DNA of 32,000 nucleotides from Candidatus Saccharimonadota bacterium (GTDB lineage Bacteria; Pseudomonadota; Alphaproteobacteria; CAJXXZ01; 1604HC): NCBI RefSeq assembly GCF_008189405.1, contig NZ_CP043316.1, positions 180,001 to 212,000 of the forward strand, read 5' to 3'. Shown piece by piece: positions 1 to 8,762 of this stretch (position 1 is its first letter; each line of letters starts with the position of its first letter). The notes under the pieces were generated by a model. It saw only the letters and a program-made list of their open reading frames with translations, ran no database searches and was not told where the DNA came from. The position numbers and the translations under genes were made by a program.

Positions 1-242
1 TGAATAGTAAATTCTTAGAAAAATGTATACTGTTTTGCACTTTAGAACCTTGTAGAATGTGCATGGCAGCAATTCAATTAGTGCGGATGAAGCAAGTTGT
101 ATTTGGAGCTTACAATGGAGCTTATAACAATGTATTTCATGATAAAGCTAATAAGACTGATAATAATATAGAAATTATAGGTGGGGTTTGTGAAACTGAA
201 TGTTCAAGTATATTGCATTCTTTCTTTAAATCTAAGCGGTAA
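1..242 (+). CDS. tadA: tRNA-specific adenosine deaminase TadA, C-terminal part (5' end lies outside the window)
   Basis: The frame is open from nt 3 and reads ...CTLEPCRMCMAAIQLVRMKQVVFGAYN..., the PCxxC zinc-binding motif of CDA-fold tRNA deaminases. Stop codon at 240-242. Confidence 0.7.
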   Translation, partial: NSKFLEKCILFCTLEPCRMCMAAIQLVRMKQVVFGAYNGAYNNVFHDKANKTDNNIEIIGGVCETECSSILHSFFKSKR

Positions 243-404
243 AAAATAACAACTAATCTAAAATATATATAAGTAAAAATTCAATAATATTTGTAAGATT
301 TTTAATTATTATTATAAAATTATTGTTTTTTATTGTTTTTTGCATAATATTTTGACGAAAACTTAAGTATATTGATCTTAAATAGAATCAAGAGAGGTTT
401 GCAA

Positions 405-2375
405 ATGGGAGAAAGTATACAAAAATCACTATTAAGAGTTAGACCTCCTCGTGTACGTATAACTTACGATGTAGAAACAGGCGGAGCAGTTCAGAAAAAA
501 GAACTTCCTTTTGTCTTGGGTATCATTTCTGATTTATATGGTCATCAAGAGGAGCGTGTGGACTTTAAAGATAGAAGATTCACTGTCATAGACAGAGATA
601 ACTTCGAGCACGTTATGGAGTCAATTAATCCAAAATTGAATCTTTCAGTTAATAATGTGTTAGAAGCAAGTAAGGATGATAAGAAAAAGAAAGCTGAAGG
701 TTCTAATATCGGCTTAGAATTATTTTTCAATACTATGGATGATTTTAATCCAGTTAATATTGTGAGAAAAGTTCCTGAATTAAATGCATTTCTTGAAGAT
801 CATGAGTTATTAGTAGATTTAGCAACTAAATTAGATTCTAATAATGATTTGAATGATATGTTAGGTAAGGCAATAGCTGATAAAGGAATTGCATCTAAAA
901 TTGTATCAGAGTCTAAAGATGTTACAAAAGCATCAGCAGAAATGGATAAGATCATTAAGGATAGTGGATTGTTTGTTCCAGATCCTGAAGATAAAGATTC
1001 AACTGAAATTGTAAAATATAGAAAAATGATTGCATCATTATTTAGAAATATGACAGCAGAAACAACAGAAGTTGCGCATCTATATCCATATATGATGGAT
1101 ATGATTGCTAAGATTGATGAGAAGATTTCTTTGCAATTGGATGAAGTGTTGCATCATGAAGATTTCCAAACATTAGAAGCATCCTGGAGAGGAATGCATT
1201 ACGTTGTAATGAATTCAGAAACAGGTACAAGTCTAAAAATCAGAATATTTGCTGCTACTAAAGATGAAGTACAACAAGATCTGGAACGTGCAATAGAGTT
1301 TGACCAAAGCGTATTATTTAGAAGAATTTATGAAGAAGAGTTTGGTACTCTAGGTGGTTCTCCATATTCTTGTTTATTAGGAGATTTCTACATTGGTAAA
1401 AAACCAACAGATGTTTCATTGATTAGAAAAATCAGTCAAGTAGCAGCTGCAGCACATACACCATTTTTGGCTGCTGCAAATCCTAATCTATTTGATTTGA
1501 ATTCTTATAATGAGTTGCATGTCCCAAGAGATTTAAAGAAAATATTTGAAAACTCAGAATTGACTGCATGGAATAGTTTCCGTGATATGGAAGATTCAAG
1601 ATATGTAAACTTATTCTTGCCAAGAGTATTGGTAAGATTACCATATGGTGAAGATACAATTCCAGTAAAGGGTTTCAACTATAATGAAGCTGTAGATGGA
1701 ATGGATAACTCAAAATTCTGTTGGGGTAACCCTGCATATGCAATGGCATTAAGAATCACAACTGCCTTTGCACAATATGGATGGACCGCAGCAATTAGAG
1801 GTATAGAAGGTGGTGGACTTGTTGAAAATCTACCAGCTTATACTTTTAAAACATCTTATGGTGATATTGCATTGAAGTGTCCAACTGAGGTTATGATTAC
1901 TGATAGGCGTGAAAAAGAGTTGAGTGATCTTGGATTTATATCTTTATGTCATAATAAAGGTACAGATAAAGCTGTTTTCTTTAGTGCACAAAGTACACAA
2001 AGACCAAAAGAATATGATATGGATTCTGCTACTGCAAATGCTGCATTATCAGCAAGGCTAACATATATGCTTAATGTATCCAGATTTGCTCACTACATTA
2101 AAATGTTAATGAGAGATAAAATTGGATCATTTGCTTCTAAAGATGATGTGCAGCTTTACTTGAATAACTGGATTGCGAATTATGTATTCTTATCCGATCA
2201 AGGTGGACAAGATACTAAAGCAAAATATCCTCTTAGAGAAGCAGCAATTGAAGTAGTTGCAGATGATAGTAATCCTGGATCGTACAAAGCAGTTATATTC
2301 TTGAAACCTCATTTCCAATTGGAAGAATTAGAAGTTTCATTAAGACTGGTAGCTACTTTACCAGGACAGGAATAA
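405..2375 (+). CDS. tssB-tssC: Fused T6SS contractile sheath protein, with a TssB/VipA-like N-terminal part and a TssC/VipB-like C-terminal part in one ORF
   Basis: The N-terminus RVRITYDVETGGAVQKKELPFVLGIISDL plus ...FFNTMDDFNPVNIVRKVPEL... is TssB-like. From about aa 240 the TssC motifs follow: LEASWRGMHYVV, AIEFDQSVLFRRIYEEEFGTLGGSPYSCLLGDFYIG, HTPFLAAANP, LPRVLVRLPYG, GNPAYAMALRIT, ITDRREKELSDLGFISL, KYPLREAAIEV, FLKPHFQLEEL. There is no stop between the two parts. The tracked ORF starts at TTG 372. ATG 405 is preferred because AGAGAGG (391-397) lies upstream. Confidence 0.85.
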   Translation: MGESIQKSLLRVRPPRVRITYDVETGGAVQKKELPFVLGIISDLYGHQEERVDFKDRRFTVIDRDNFEHVMESINPKLNLSVNNVLEASKDDKKKKAEGSNIGLELFFNTMDDFNPVNIVRKVPELNAFLEDHELLVDLATKLDSNNDLNDMLGKAIADKGIASKIVSESKDVTKASAEMDKIIKDSGLFVPDPEDKDSTEIVKYRKMIASLFRNMTAETTEVAHLYPYMMDMIAKIDEKISLQLDEVLHHEDFQTLEASWRGMHYVVMNSETGTSLKIRIFAATKDEVQQDLERAIEFDQSVLFRRIYEEEFGTLGGSPYSCLLGDFYIGKKPTDVSLIRKISQVAAAAHTPFLAAANPNLFDLNSYNELHVPRDLKKIFENSELTAWNSFRDMEDSRYVNLFLPRVLVRLPYGEDTIPVKGFNYNEAVDGMDNSKFCWGNPAYAMALRITTAFAQYGWTAAIRGIEGGGLVENLPAYTFKTSYGDIALKCPTEVMITDRREKELSDLGFISLCHNKGTDKAVFFSAQSTQRPKEYDMDSATANAALSARLTYMLNVSRFAHYIKMLMRDKIGSFASKDDVQLYLNNWIANYVFLSDQGGQDTKAKYPLREAAIEVVADDSNPGSYKAVIFLKPHFQLEELEVSLRLVATLPGQE

Positions 2376-2385
2376 GGAGTAAAAA

Positions 2386-2931
2386 ATGTCAGAACAAGAT
2401 TACACAATTTTAAGCAATGAGAACCTAGATATTAAGGTTGATGATGACCAAATTTCTGGATCTAATTTATTTATTCAAGCTAAAGATCTCACTGCACAAA
2501 GTGGAGTGGCAGGATTTGAAAAATTTGCACCTATTAAAGCTTTTTCAGAATCTTTTCGTAACAATATTAGAAAAGATAGTAAGCAGAAAAGTGCATCAGT
2601 TGGTGGTACAATCAACTCTGGTTTTATTGAAGTATACATTCCTGAGAGTATATTTTCATTAGAATTACAGAAGAAAGGTTTGTCTGCTGATCCAATTCCT
2701 CAAATTACTGTTATGAAAACTGTATTGGTGAAAAATACACGTACTGCTGTTACTCAATTGTTTTACACTGACTGTAATATCGTATATGTTGCCAGCCAAT
2801 TAGGAACATACTATTTTATGAGATTCGCATTTGACCATAGGACAGTTAAACGTGTTTCAATTGATGATCAAGGTCAGAAGCAAGGTGAGTTTGAATTCAC
2901 ATACAACGTTAAAGAATCTTCAGTTAAATAA
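2386..2931 (+). CDS. hcp: Divergent Hcp-like (TssD) inner-tube protein candidate
   Basis: It starts 10 nt after the tssBC stop, with an AAGGAG RBS at 2374-2379. The tssB-tssC-hcp position is canonical. The size (181 aa) and segment pattern line up by eye with Hcp1 blocks: NLFIQAKDLTAQSG...APIKAFSESF / GFIEVYIPESIFSLELQKKG..PQITVMKTV / YTDCNIVYVAS / FMRFAFDHRTVKRVSIDDQGQKQGEFEFTYNV. Identity is low. Confidence 0.55.
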   Translation: MSEQDYTILSNENLDIKVDDDQISGSNLFIQAKDLTAQSGVAGFEKFAPIKAFSESFRNNIRKDSKQKSASVGGTINSGFIEVYIPESIFSLELQKKGLSADPIPQITVMKTVLVKNTRTAVTQLFYTDCNIVYVASQLGTYYFMRFAFDHRTVKRVSIDDQGQKQGEFEFTYNVKESSVK

Positions 2932-3132
2932 GAATCACATAACGTTGAAGAACTTTTAGCTTAATCTCTAATTCAATAAGCTTTTGGCTAAAGAGGTTTA
3001 GTTATTTAGTGTATAGAGATTTCGATTGTTAAGTATAGAAGATATGGTTTTACGATCAATCAAATACTCTTATTATTCTATAATTACATAAATATATTAT
3101 TAAGTTTTATTTGAATTGATTGAAATGATTAC

Positions 3133-4854
3133 TTAATTTATCTGTATATTTTGATAAGCATCGAAAATCCACATCTCTTCAGTAATAAATGATTTGATAG
3201 ATTCAATAATTACAGGCCCTAAACCTTTAATCTCCACTTCTTTATCAGAAAATGTTTTAATAAATTCATCAAATGTTTTGCAATGGTCAGCAATGGTCTT
3301 TGCAGTTCCGTAACCAACATTAGGTATGCATAAAGCATATATGAATTTGTTCAAAGCAATGTTTTGATTTGCTTTTATGCTTTCATAAGTGTTTGTGGCA
3401 ACCTTAGTTCCCAATAATTTTTTAATCATACCATCATTATTAAGTACTAGATCTATTATTTTAAATATATCATTTGGTTTTTGTATGATTTGATGTTCAA
3501 ATAGCTTCTCAATATTTTTACTACCTAGGCCACTGATATTCATTGCTTTTCTCGAAACAAAATGTTCAATTCTGAGAAGAGACTGTTTCTTACATTTCCA
3601 TCCATTGGTACATTTCATAGTAACGCTATCCCATATTAATTTTGTTTCACAACATGGGCAATACTCAGGAAGATTGGATATATTATCTGAATTGATTGTA
3701 TCCTTATTTTTTTTATCTTCTTTTCCTTCCTTATGATTTATGCCCTCCATTTTATGACTTACTTTTTCTAAAATATATGGGATTACATCTCCTGCACGAG
3801 CTAGAATAATCTCATCACCTATATTATAGTTTTTGTTTTTCAGCTCTAGCATATTATGTATAGATACTTTTTTGATTTCCACGCCATCTATTTCAATTGG
3901 TTTGACTTCTGCCACAGGAGTTATTGTTCCAAATTTCCCTATTTGCATATCAATATTCTCTATAAAAGTGCTAGAGCTCTTAGGTGCAAATTTTACAGCA
4001 AATGCATATCGTGGTGCAGTTCTATGGTTTCCCAACTCTTCACATATTTTTAAATCATTGATTTTTAGCACCATTCCATCGATAGGATATGAGATTTCAT
4101 CTCTATTAATAGATTTAAATATTTGAATTGATTTATTCTCATCTTGGCTAATAAAATAATCAGAAGTTTTGAATCCTTCATTACGTAGAAAATGGATCAT
4201 ATCTATATATTTATTGAATTTAGAGAAATTTGTAAAACTATGCGCAATAAATTGAAGATTATGAGATGCAATAAAACTCATTTCTTTATTTCTGATTATT
4301 CCTGCAGTAGCATTACGAGGACTTTTAAACCCATTAGTTTTTTCAAAATCTTTAAATGTCATAAACACTTCACCGCGCACTTCGAAATTATCTAATGATA
4401 AAGTTTTAGGTATACCAGAAATATATTCAGATTGTTTAGTTATATCAATTCCTTCAAAACCATCTCCTCTTGTAAGAACATAATTTAATTTATTATTTTT
4501 ATATCGTATTGATACAGCAATCCCATCTATTTTATGCTCTAATACCATTTCAGGTTCAGATTTAATTGCATTATGAATTTTCTTATAGAACTTCGAAATA
4601 GATTCTGATTCATATCCATGATCAAGTGAAAGCATTTGATTTTCATGTGGAACTGTTTCTTCTTCAACTTCTCCAATTTTATTAAGAGGGCTATTTTTTT
4701 GTTTGCCAATTATATTTTCTATATCTTCTAGTCGTTGTTTTAATGCATCGTATGATATATCTGATATTAATGGAATTCCATGAGCATATTTCTTATCATA
4801 TTTATTGATCTGCTTTGCTATTTGTTTCCATTCATTTAATAGTTCTTTGTTCAT
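3133..4854 (-). CDS. ligA: NAD-dependent DNA ligase LigA, short form (573 aa) apparently lacking the C-terminal BRCT domain
   Basis: Contains the KxDG adenylation motif (EHKIDGIAVSIRY), the OB region and a Cys4 zinc finger (CPCCETKL...MKCTNGWKC). FVSRKAMNISGLG and later GLG motifs mark the HhH repeats. The protein ends right after the HhH region. Confidence 0.9.
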   Translation of the reverse strand: MNKELLNEWKQIAKQINKYDKKYAHGIPLISDISYDALKQRLEDIENIIGKQKNSPLNKIGEVEEETVPHENQMLSLDHGYESESISKFYKKIHNAIKSEPEMVLEHKIDGIAVSIRYKNNKLNYVLTRGDGFEGIDITKQSEYISGIPKTLSLDNFEVRGEVFMTFKDFEKTNGFKSPRNATAGIIRNKEMSFIASHNLQFIAHSFTNFSKFNKYIDMIHFLRNEGFKTSDYFISQDENKSIQIFKSINRDEISYPIDGMVLKINDLKICEELGNHRTAPRYAFAVKFAPKSSSTFIENIDMQIGKFGTITPVAEVKPIEIDGVEIKKVSIHNMLELKNKNYNIGDEIILARAGDVIPYILEKVSHKMEGINHKEGKEDKKNKDTINSDNISNLPEYCPCCETKLIWDSVTMKCTNGWKCKKQSLLRIEHFVSRKAMNISGLGSKNIEKLFEHQIIQKPNDIFKIIDLVLNNDGMIKKLLGTKVATNTYESIKANQNIALNKFIYALCIPNVGYGTAKTIADHCKTFDEFIKTFSDKEVEIKGLGPVIIESIKSFITEEMWIFDAYQNIQIN

Positions 4855-4979
4855 TTATTTGCCTCTGAATTCCTTCACTCTTTTGCCTTTATACTTCCTT
4901 CTTTTAACCTATTGAACCTTTTTGATTCCATAAGATGCTCATAATTTTAATCTACCAAGAAAATAATCCATTAAGCATT

Positions 4980-5672
4980 TTATGATGCATTAGATTTGGT
5001 ATTATTCAATGATAATTTGAGTACATTTGCATACCATATGGATTTTTTATGTTTCATGGAAAGTATTTTGATACATGCATTCGCATCTTTCTCTAATTTT
5101 AAATGGTGAAAAATTTCTGCACATCTAAAATATGCTTCTGCTGTAAAGTTGCTAGTATTATACTTTTTGATAATCTCACCATAATATTTCAATGCAACTA
5201 AATGATTACCTTTTTTAGAGTACATTAAACCAGTAGCAAGACTATCGTAAGCTAATATATCTGTACATCTTTGGCGAATCTGATTATATTTCTTTGGGTT
5301 TTTATCTGATAGGTTTATAATCAAATTTAAATTTTTATTTTCTCTCTCAGGTCTTTGTAGTAGAGCGTAATATGATTTGATTAGTATTTCATCTACATCA
5401 TCATTACTGTACTGTAGATCTAATTCTTTCAATAATTCAGCAGTTTCAATAGCTTTTATATATATTTTTCCTAAGAAAAATGACTTTGATGCAAGGAATA
5501 AAACTTGCTTGATTCGTGGGGATGCTGGATATAAATCTTCAATTTCCATTAATATTTTAGCAGATTCATTATATCGTGATTTTTTGAATAAAGTATTAGC
5601 TTTGTCCCATAATTCATTTTCAGTTTTAGATATAATGGAGAACATGAATAAGCAAATAAATATAAGTTTCAT
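4980..5672 (-). CDS. bamD: BamD-like TPR protein (outer-membrane protein assembly factor)
   Basis: Has a hydrophobic N-terminus followed by TPR-like repeats (ELWDKANTLFKKSRYNESAKILMEIEDLYPASP...). As I recall, bamD-(recN)-ligA synteny is common in Alphaproteobacteria. No clear lipobox is present. Confidence 0.55.
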   Translation of the reverse strand: MKLIFICLFMFSIISKTENELWDKANTLFKKSRYNESAKILMEIEDLYPASPRIKQVLFLASKSFFLGKIYIKAIETAELLKELDLQYSNDDVDEILIKSYYALLQRPERENKNLNLIINLSDKNPKKYNQIRQRCTDILAYDSLATGLMYSKKGNHLVALKYYGEIIKKYNTSNFTAEAYFRCAEIFHHLKLEKDANACIKILSMKHKKSIWYANVLKLSLNNTKSNAS

Positions 5673-5765
5673 AATTTACTTTTAACATATCTGCTTCAAA
5701 AAGCATACTTTTTTAATTTGTATTAGGGGTATATATATGTGTTTGGTTGAGTTCTAATATGATTT

Positions 5766-6785
5766 TTATTCATCATTTGTTGATTCTACTGATTTTGCAT
5801 TTTGTCCATTGGCTAGGCAGCTTAATGTATCCTTATTTAACCAGCTGAAGTACGATAATACGCTTTGTCTTCCCAATAATAATGTTGGCTGTGATTCATA
5901 TTCAAGGTGTAATTTGAGTTGGAATTTTATATTGAATGGGATATAGGAATTAATCAGGAATTCAATATCAGATCTCAATGGTTTATTAGGGAGTAGCTTT
6001 GTATATAGTTCTTTGGATTTTGTATTAATAATAATTTTGATTCCATGCTTTGCATTCCAGAATTTCTTTCCTAAAAATTTTGACCCTAAATTAGGCTTTG
6101 TACAGTTGGATGATAGGATGGTTTGATCTGAATGGTGGATTTTCATCCACTTACCTATAAATTGTTCACATTTAACTTTAGTATCTTCTAAAAATGATTC
6201 TAAAATACGCACTAAGTTACTTGGGCTCTTTTGTGACCAAAATAAAATAGGTAGAGCAGTGCAAATATTACGCATAGTTTTATTTGTATTATGTAGCTCT
6301 CCTAATCCAATTGAATTGATTACTTTTCCTGTTATTGTTTTATAGAACTTCTGATTCTGTAATGAAAATATGGATTTTTTCTGTATATTAAAGGTGTTTT
6401 GTATGATTTTATTATTAAAAATATCAAGAAAATCTTGTAATGCATAATCATTATTTCTTTTCCTATCCATCATCATGTTAATATAGTAAATAGGCAATGA
6501 ACCTTGGATTCCCAATAAACTAATTCCATTTATGCATACTTTATTAACATCATTTTGTTGATCAACACTAATAACATCACTAGGGCTAATACTAAGACTT
6601 ATATTTCCTGTATACTTGAATGGTTTGTTGATTTTGCTTGCAAGGTACATAAATTGATGCAATGAAAACTTCCATGGTTGTTGGTATAATTTATTGTTCA
6701 ATTTACTACTTAAAGCATTATTTGGCTTATTATGATTGTTTTTACTATTTGATTTGCTGTCATTTATTAGATAATCGATATTCAT
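5766..6785 (-). CDS. tssG: T6SS baseplate subunit TssG
   Basis: Contains PWKFSLHQFMYL..., INGISLLGIQGSLPIYYINMM and ALQDFLDIFNNKIIQNTFNIQKK, which match the TssG pattern (F.F.qa.rlLE / GLlGp.GpLP.hyTe / dFLDiFnHR). ATGA overlap with tssF. Confidence 0.8.
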   Translation of the reverse strand: MNIDYLINDSKSNSKNNHNKPNNALSSKLNNKLYQQPWKFSLHQFMYLASKINKPFKYTGNISLSISPSDVISVDQQNDVNKVCINGISLLGIQGSLPIYYINMMMDRKRNNDYALQDFLDIFNNKIIQNTFNIQKKSIFSLQNQKFYKTITGKVINSIGLGELHNTNKTMRNICTALPILFWSQKSPSNLVRILESFLEDTKVKCEQFIGKWMKIHHSDQTILSSNCTKPNLGSKFLGKKFWNAKHGIKIIINTKSKELYTKLLPNKPLRSDIEFLINSYIPFNIKFQLKLHLEYESQPTLLLGRQSVLSYFSWLNKDTLSCLANGQNAKSVESTNDE

Positions 6786-8545
6786 TGAGACAGGCTAACT
6801 TTCTTCCAAGCTTGTTTCTCATACTCTTTATAAACTGTGATATCAACTAGGTTATTAAATGGAGCGGCTTGTAATAAAATATTGCTTAATAGCATTGATA
6901 GCAAGAAAATCTCTGCAGTATAATCATCGAATGTTATATCAAATATGATCTTAGGAATGGAAGAAGTTGGTGAGTGTTTTGCTCTTCCAATAGATTCAGT
7001 ATAATCAATTTTTACAATAGATTTCCCATGATGCTTTATATCTTTTCGCACACTATATATTGCAAGCATTTTTTGTAATGTTTGAATATTGTTATTATTG
7101 ATTGATAAGTCTATATGATTTAAAGATAAATTGGAAATGATTGACCACTGTGCTTTACCTTCATGGCTTAGTTGGACGCTTTTAGTTGGTTGTATGATGT
7201 TCTTACAATATACTCCATCAATTTTATTGACCTGAAATATATTATTTACTTTAATATGTTCAGCTTCATTCCTGTTTGTGCATAATAAGTTTGCATATAT
7301 GGTAGAGGAATCTATGGAGATATTCTTCATGTTTTCATCAATAAATGCAACAAATACATCTGATCCTCCATGTAAAGAAGATTTACGATAATGGTACCAA
7401 GATCTGTTTGTATGGTTATAGTTATGGAATCCAAAATACTGGTTATAATTAATTTTATTATCTGGTTGTGTATTATCATATTGGAATATATTTTTCACAG
7501 TATGTATTTCAAATGATTCTTCATTTTTATGTGGAATTAGTTTATATGATTCAGTTTCATGGTTCACGATCAATGGTTCAGAGTTTTTAGTAAATAAATT
7601 AATCGCAGGTGCACAGTTAGTGGCAAGAATATGGTTATTTAAATGAATTATACTTGGGTTTGCTTTTTTACTTAATGGAATTAAAAGCTGTACATTTCCT
7701 TCTGGCATGATAAAATCGTTAAATTTCATATTTAAGAATAAGAATTTTTCTGGGAATGAGCTGTATTCTAATAAATTTCTATGTATATCATTACAATATT
7801 TTGGTATATCAAACAATGAATCATCTTGATCAAATCCCTTAGGATATATATATCCAATTGGTTCTTTTTGTAATAATTTATGTTTATAATCTGCGATGAA
7901 AATAGGGGTAGGAGATTCAGCCTCATACGCTAATATATTTTCATATAAATAAAAAGCAGAGAATGCATCTGAGTTAATAAATACATTTACATCTTTATTT
8001 GGTTGAAGGTTTTCTACATTTACTCCAAGCATAAAAGTATGTTTTACTGGTAAATCTGTTTGATCTTCTTTGATATAATGTGTTTTATGTATTTTTAGAT
8101 CGCTTAAATTTAATTGAGATGTTATAGAAAAAGTACACGCCTGATTTTGCGAATTCTTAGTTTTGATTTGAGTGTTTTTAGGAATAGTAATGCTTTCTTT
8201 TTGTGAAATATTTTTCATTTTATGAAATTGCACTATTGTACAAGAAGGAATTGGTGCAGTGAATTGAGGATATAGTGCAGTGAGTAAATGGTTGCTAATA
8301 TCTGATATTTGATCATCAATTTGATATTGTAATCTTGCATCAAAGAATGCAAACGCTTCAAGCATTCTTTTTACATGAGGGTCAGAAATTTTATTGGCAG
8401 AAAAATTTAATTCTTTTGCAATGGCAGGGTATTTATGAGCGAATTGCTCTCCCTCTTTAAGCAGATAATTCATTGAATTCCTGAAATATGGAAATAACTT
8501 ATTTAAATCAGGGTTATCACGATTCATGTGCAAATTAAATGACAT
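6782..8545 (-). CDS. tssF: T6SS baseplate subunit TssF
   Basis: The N-terminal block LFPYFRNSMNYLLKEGEQFAHKYPAIAKELNF...DPHVKRMLEAFAFFDARLQYQIDDQISDISNHLLTALYPQFTAPIPSCTIVQF is the TssF signature. The size (587 aa) is typical. Confidence 0.85.
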   Translation of the reverse strand: MSFNLHMNRDNPDLNKLFPYFRNSMNYLLKEGEQFAHKYPAIAKELNFSANKISDPHVKRMLEAFAFFDARLQYQIDDQISDISNHLLTALYPQFTAPIPSCTIVQFHKMKNISQKESITIPKNTQIKTKNSQNQACTFSITSQLNLSDLKIHKTHYIKEDQTDLPVKHTFMLGVNVENLQPNKDVNVFINSDAFSAFYLYENILAYEAESPTPIFIADYKHKLLQKEPIGYIYPKGFDQDDSLFDIPKYCNDIHRNLLEYSSFPEKFLFLNMKFNDFIMPEGNVQLLIPLSKKANPSIIHLNNHILATNCAPAINLFTKNSEPLIVNHETESYKLIPHKNEESFEIHTVKNIFQYDNTQPDNKINYNQYFGFHNYNHTNRSWYHYRKSSLHGGSDVFVAFIDENMKNISIDSSTIYANLLCTNRNEAEHIKVNNIFQVNKIDGVYCKNIIQPTKSVQLSHEGKAQWSIISNLSLNHIDLSINNNNIQTLQKMLAIYSVRKDIKHHGKSIVKIDYTESIGRAKHSPTSSIPKIIFDITFDDYTAEIFLLSMLLSNILLQAAPFNNLVDITVYKEYEKQAWKKVSLSQ

Positions 8546-8762
8546 TATGATTAATAATTGATGAATTTTTTGATATAAAATTGACCTAAAATAGGAAGTT
8601 AGAATTGCAATATGTATGATTCATTAATATGGTAATAATTTGTGATATGGTCACAATATGCGTAGTTGGCAATGGCAGTATAAAGAAATTAAATGTAGGT
8701 AGCATGATAGTTAAGGTGGATAGTGTAGATAATTATGCTTCATAGGTATATAATTTGCTTCT

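Noticed and set aside
372-404. A TTG start at 372 for the tssBC ORF.
   Set aside because: ATG 405 is preceded by AGAGAGG at a suitable distance. The TssB homology begins right after it.
2438-2662. Short ORFs nested in alternative frames or antisense to larger genes (for example 2438-2662, 545-730, 3833-4395, 11933-12388, 13084-14175, 9462-9791, 27122-27670, 28265-28570).
   Set aside because: All lie wholly inside, or antisense to, genes with strong family signatures and have no motifs of their own.
2956-2986. Hairpins agctta..(13 nt)..taagct + TTT after hcp, and cttaca..(14 nt)..tgtaag + TTTT after accC (23936-23970), as rho-independent terminators.
   Set aside because: The stems are only 6 bp and AT-rich, with large loops. 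Such structures are expected by chance many times in this composition.
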